From the NCBI RefSeq assembly GCF_964204645.1, contig NC_134034.1, positions 13,715,062 to 13,779,061 on the forward strand: a stretch of 64,000 bases of DNA, read 5' to 3'. This document shows, piece after piece, positions 60,271-64,000 of this stretch. The notes beneath the pieces were generated by a model, which was not told where the DNA came from, made no database searches, and saw only the letters and a list, made by a program, of their open reading frames with translations. The first letter of the stretch is position 1, and every line of letters starts with the position of its first letter. The position numbers and the translations under genes are program-made. This DNA comes from Tubulanus polymorphus. Its lineage: Eukaryota > Animalia > Nemertea.

Positions 60271-62628
60271 TTTAACTCATGTTAGATTTGAATACTGCTA
60301 TAGCACGAGATGCTTTTTAAAACCAAGACGCAAAGAACCGTCCGTCTAAATATATCTGACACGTTCGAAAACATGACCGCGGACAGATTGTTTTCTTACT
60401 ATTGAGATTATCGAATTACTCGGAATCTGATCCGATCAGCGGTTTTTATAGGAAAATATCGAACGTCTGCCAGTGGAGAAAACGATACACAAAACGCCAC
60501 GTGTTGACGACAGTCGCGGCCACAATGACCACTAAACTAATCTATGTAATCACGATCATAACGCTGAACAAACACGGTTAGAGTTTCACCCCGTGCGCGA
60601 TAGCGTCCCGAACTTCAAGGGCGTCGCGCACTCGAAACGGTCGGTCAATTTACGCAACGTGACGACGACTTTGTGACGCCACTTCCGGTTGTTTGGCGAA
60701 CGTGACAATGGCCGGACGAGGAATTACGTGAACACGTGTTTGTGTACTCGATCGCGCTGCCCGAAACCGAACGGTGTAACTATTGAAATTTATTTTACCC
60801 CCCTCCCCCTAACACATAACAGTAAATCATCTAATAGATTTCGAAGTTTTACAGCTGAGAGCAGCAGCTACCACTACGGGTCATTATGATATTGCACAGA
60901 ACTCGTCGAGTCTAGATGCAAGATGAATCTAACTCTAGGCCAGATCTCAATGAACTTTGTTGAACTTACGGGCTTAGATTTGTGGCTTAGATTCGGTATC
61001 GGGCCATAGTTAGACCAGACATTTAGTTCTTAAGCCAATGTAACATAGCTAGAACCTTTCTAAGCTATGACAGCGCAAACGGGCCCCTACATTGTTTCAC
61101 AAACCCATTCTGTGTGAAGAAACTTAGCGACTAAAGAATATTTTTACACTTGAACCACAAAAATGTAGCCTCGACGTAACGTGGCATCTTCTTGAAAATA
61201 CATTTCTATATCCAACTGATTCGGGCGTTATATCAAAGCCTCATTCAAAGTTGTTGGTGCCCTTGGGTTCAGCTGAACAGCCCAAAGTAATATTTAGACA
61301 GGCCTTCAGTTGCTATAGAATGTGTGTGTCTGGACCCTTCAACTGGGCCACGTGCACCTAGCCTTGAAACTATGAATAGTCTCAAGTATCGACTTCGATG
61401 ATTAAAATAGAAAATACACATTTATTTCATTTCGATAATAGTTAATGATGCAGGAAGCGTTTACTCGGCCGAGCTTCGAGAGCAGTCGTTCTCGACTCCT
61501 ACGCCTACCTCAGCTCAGGCCATCGGCTAAACACTTCCCAATTAAACCACTGTTTAATTAACGAAATTCTGCTCAAAAAACGTTTCGAAATCTATTTCGA
61601 GCACCGGGTTACCGCGTGTGTGACGCCGCGTACGCGCTTAGTGTCCCGCGTGTCGGGAAATCTTAAAAGCGTAAAAATCGGGGTTCGAACACCTACGCAA
61701 CAGCGGCGGTGCCGCCGCGTGGTTTGAGTCGAATCACGATTTCTAGATAGTTTATTAACGACGACTCGAGGCTTTTCATTGTAAAGCGTGCGTCTCGAAC
61801 AACTTGAAACAGTTCTCTTCGTAATAACGAGTCTTTGTGTACGTATATACATCGCCTAATTGCCTACTTATAGAACGGAGGCAAAATACGAATATATCAA
61901 TTAGAATTTGTAATCACCAACTAAAATGTCGTTACGCGCGTCGAGAATATACATTGTTCAACTCCGATCTCAGCCGAACTGTTTTCCAGGTCTTACTGAT
62001 ATCGAACCAACTTTGTTTTTGTGGGTTGCTGATAAAATCATTGTTTATAACGTGAATGCGATTGTTAATGCAATAATGAATTTTGTTTTTATTCTATCCT
62101 CAATTTTGTGAGTTACTTACCTTACACTCAACAGAACCATGCACACGTGGACACAGTGATCGCAATCATATTTGTAAGTAGCGATTTTAGGCTGGTACTG
62201 TGTTCCTCATTTTATATCGAATTCCTTTGTAAATCAATAATGCAAATAATAATTTTGTCAAATTGCGAAATGCTTCGGTCTCAAAATTTCCCCAATCGTA
62301 AACGTGGGTTGGATCAAAGGAAATGTATTAAGGTTGCATTTCTCGAATCGACCCGGCAATCACCCAGACCAGGAAAATCCTTTAGTCAATTTGTAACTTA
62401 GATTAACTGAACCGTAGACTGGTGTGTGCAACCCACCAGGTGGGACGACCTACGCTTCAAGACTGCGGAATTGACTGTTTTTTTTTCAGTAAAAATGGAA
62501 GAAAATTGGAATTCATTAACAAACGTGCATTCCATAATTATCCGTACATGCATTACATACAAAATGATGATAAGAAATTCAAATTCTGCGTCGATCGTCA
62601 ATTTGATACGCGACAGTAGCGACATCTA

Positions 62629-62841
62629 TTATAAAAACGGAAGTAGCAGGAAAGTCGTCAGCAGTGGTGGATACGCGAGTAACGGTGTCGCCATCTCGAG
62701 GCCATTTGCGCCATTACAATTCTGATCTTTACAACAGTAAACATCGGTCAGTGGTGAATTCTTATCGGGTCCTTCTTCGCAGTGCAGTCCGCAAAACCTC
62801 CTGATCAACCAGTTGTTCTTGTCCTGATAAGTGACCACTTT
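62629..62841 (-). CDS. Ly6/uPAR three-finger GPI-anchored protein (quiver/sleepless-like), last coding exon; upstream exons not identified in window
   Basis: ttttacag|KVVTYQDKNNWLIRRFCGLHCEEGPDKNSPLTDVYCCKDQNCNGA plus hydrophobic tail LLAYPPLLTTFLLLPFL*. CCxxxxCN is the LU-domain hallmark, followed by an omega-site-like NG and a GPI signal. Confidence 0.88.
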   Translation of the reverse strand, partial: KVVTYQDKNNWLIRRFCGLHCEEGPDKNSPLTDVYCCKDQNCNGANGLEMATPLLAYPPLLTTFLLLPFL

Positions 62842-64000
62842 CTGTAAAAACGATAAAGATTTTCCACTTTAAAATCACTAATTTGATCATCTATTAACGT
62901 ACAGTTATTTTGATGTCTTATTTTGCGTGTTGTTGTTGTATCTGAGGTTTAGGCAATAAATAAGTATAATATGTATCATATATCATATATTATCACTTAT
63001 CATGGGTCCCTAATTGGAGTATGAGTATGTCTGAAGCTTTAAACCACGACCCTTTCAGCCTTTCAAAATTTGTGACTCTGCTAAAAATAATCGTTTTTGA
63101 AAGCGCGCTGATCAAAGCATCTAATATCCGGTGTTTGTAGTTCATTTGTTAGTTATATTTCGATTTTAAACATCAGGTGAAGTTTTTGAAATTTTGGCGA
63201 ACAGTTTTTTGAAATAGTGCGGATAAAGTATTCATTTAGCATTGGATATATCTCGGTTGAAGTCACGTGAAGCGCGGACGATCTTTTGAAAGAGTGCTCT
63301 GAATTGTGAGTCCATATATCGCTATATTATAACAATTTTTGACTCCTCGAAAAAAAATTGCGTGATAAAATGTGTCAAGAACAGAGTTTACCTCATTAAT
63401 CTGAACAGAATATATTACCGTGAGCCTAATAACAGGTACTCGTAATTAACGTTAATCATCTAGAGTAATTAACAATATACAATTAATAGATGTTGTTACT
63501 TGATATTCACCCAGATAAACCTTGTATATATATATCTCATATCATACCTCATTGAACTGTTCATTTCCGTGGCTACATGTATAAATATGTATCTATGTAC
63601 GTAGAGCTGGAATTATCTAACATATCTGTTCCAAACGTTCTGGAGTTTCAATTTATTTACTCCTAAACATATTCACCGTGTAGACTAATGTAGTCTGGTA
63701 AATATATAACCTTCTGAACGTGTACTGATAAAATACATAATGTCTGGTGTTTGTTACGGAAGAGCTTAGCGACCAGATGATTTTTTCCACTTTTTGAAAA
63801 TATTATATGTTGATAGAATGTCTAATGTCTAATGTCTGGGGTTTGTAGTTCATTTTCGATTGAAAGTCTCAATTTTCATCGTAAACGGTGAAGTGCTGAA
63901 GAGTGGAAGATCAGTTCAAGAAAGTGCGCCGCTCAAATGTCTAATGCCTCATGTTTGTAGTTAATTTTCAATTGAAAATATCTCAGGTGAAGTTCTAAAC

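Overview
Eukaryotic (invertebrate metazoan, taxon not determinable from sequence alone), AT-rich, gene-sparse genomic DNA with spliceosomal introns; no bacterial-type operons, rRNA or CRISPR. Three protein-coding loci, all on the minus strand. (1) A complete two-exon Ptf1a/Fer1 bHLH gene (54239-53771 + 47313-47123, 219 aa) with both RBPJ/Su(H)-binding C-terminal motifs. (2) A multi-exon secreted mosaic gene (about 40645 to 35641: signal peptide, kringle, partial MAM, C-type lectin, F-type-lectin/F5-8-like domain interrupted by a large unexplained exon) with two splice junctions that do not fit in frame. (3) The last exon of a GPI-anchored Ly6/three-finger (quiver/sleepless-like) gene (62841-62629). 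The first 35 kb contains no recognisable gene and is rich in repeats. The most notable non-coding items are a 240-bp insertion flanked by 11-bp direct repeats that carries a minimal Penelope/retrozyme-type hammerhead ribozyme (about 16.5 kb), a foldback-like element whose arms are built from a 92-bp satellite, a family of about 110-bp PIF/Harbinger-like MITEs with CWG target duplications whose end seems to have seeded a dispersed 39/32-bp minisatellite, a 5'-truncated LINE with a TSD and a conserved 3' stem-loop, a 28-bp satellite with higher-order structure upstream of Ptf1a, and a candidate bipartite PTF1 site. All calls were made by eye; no searches were run.
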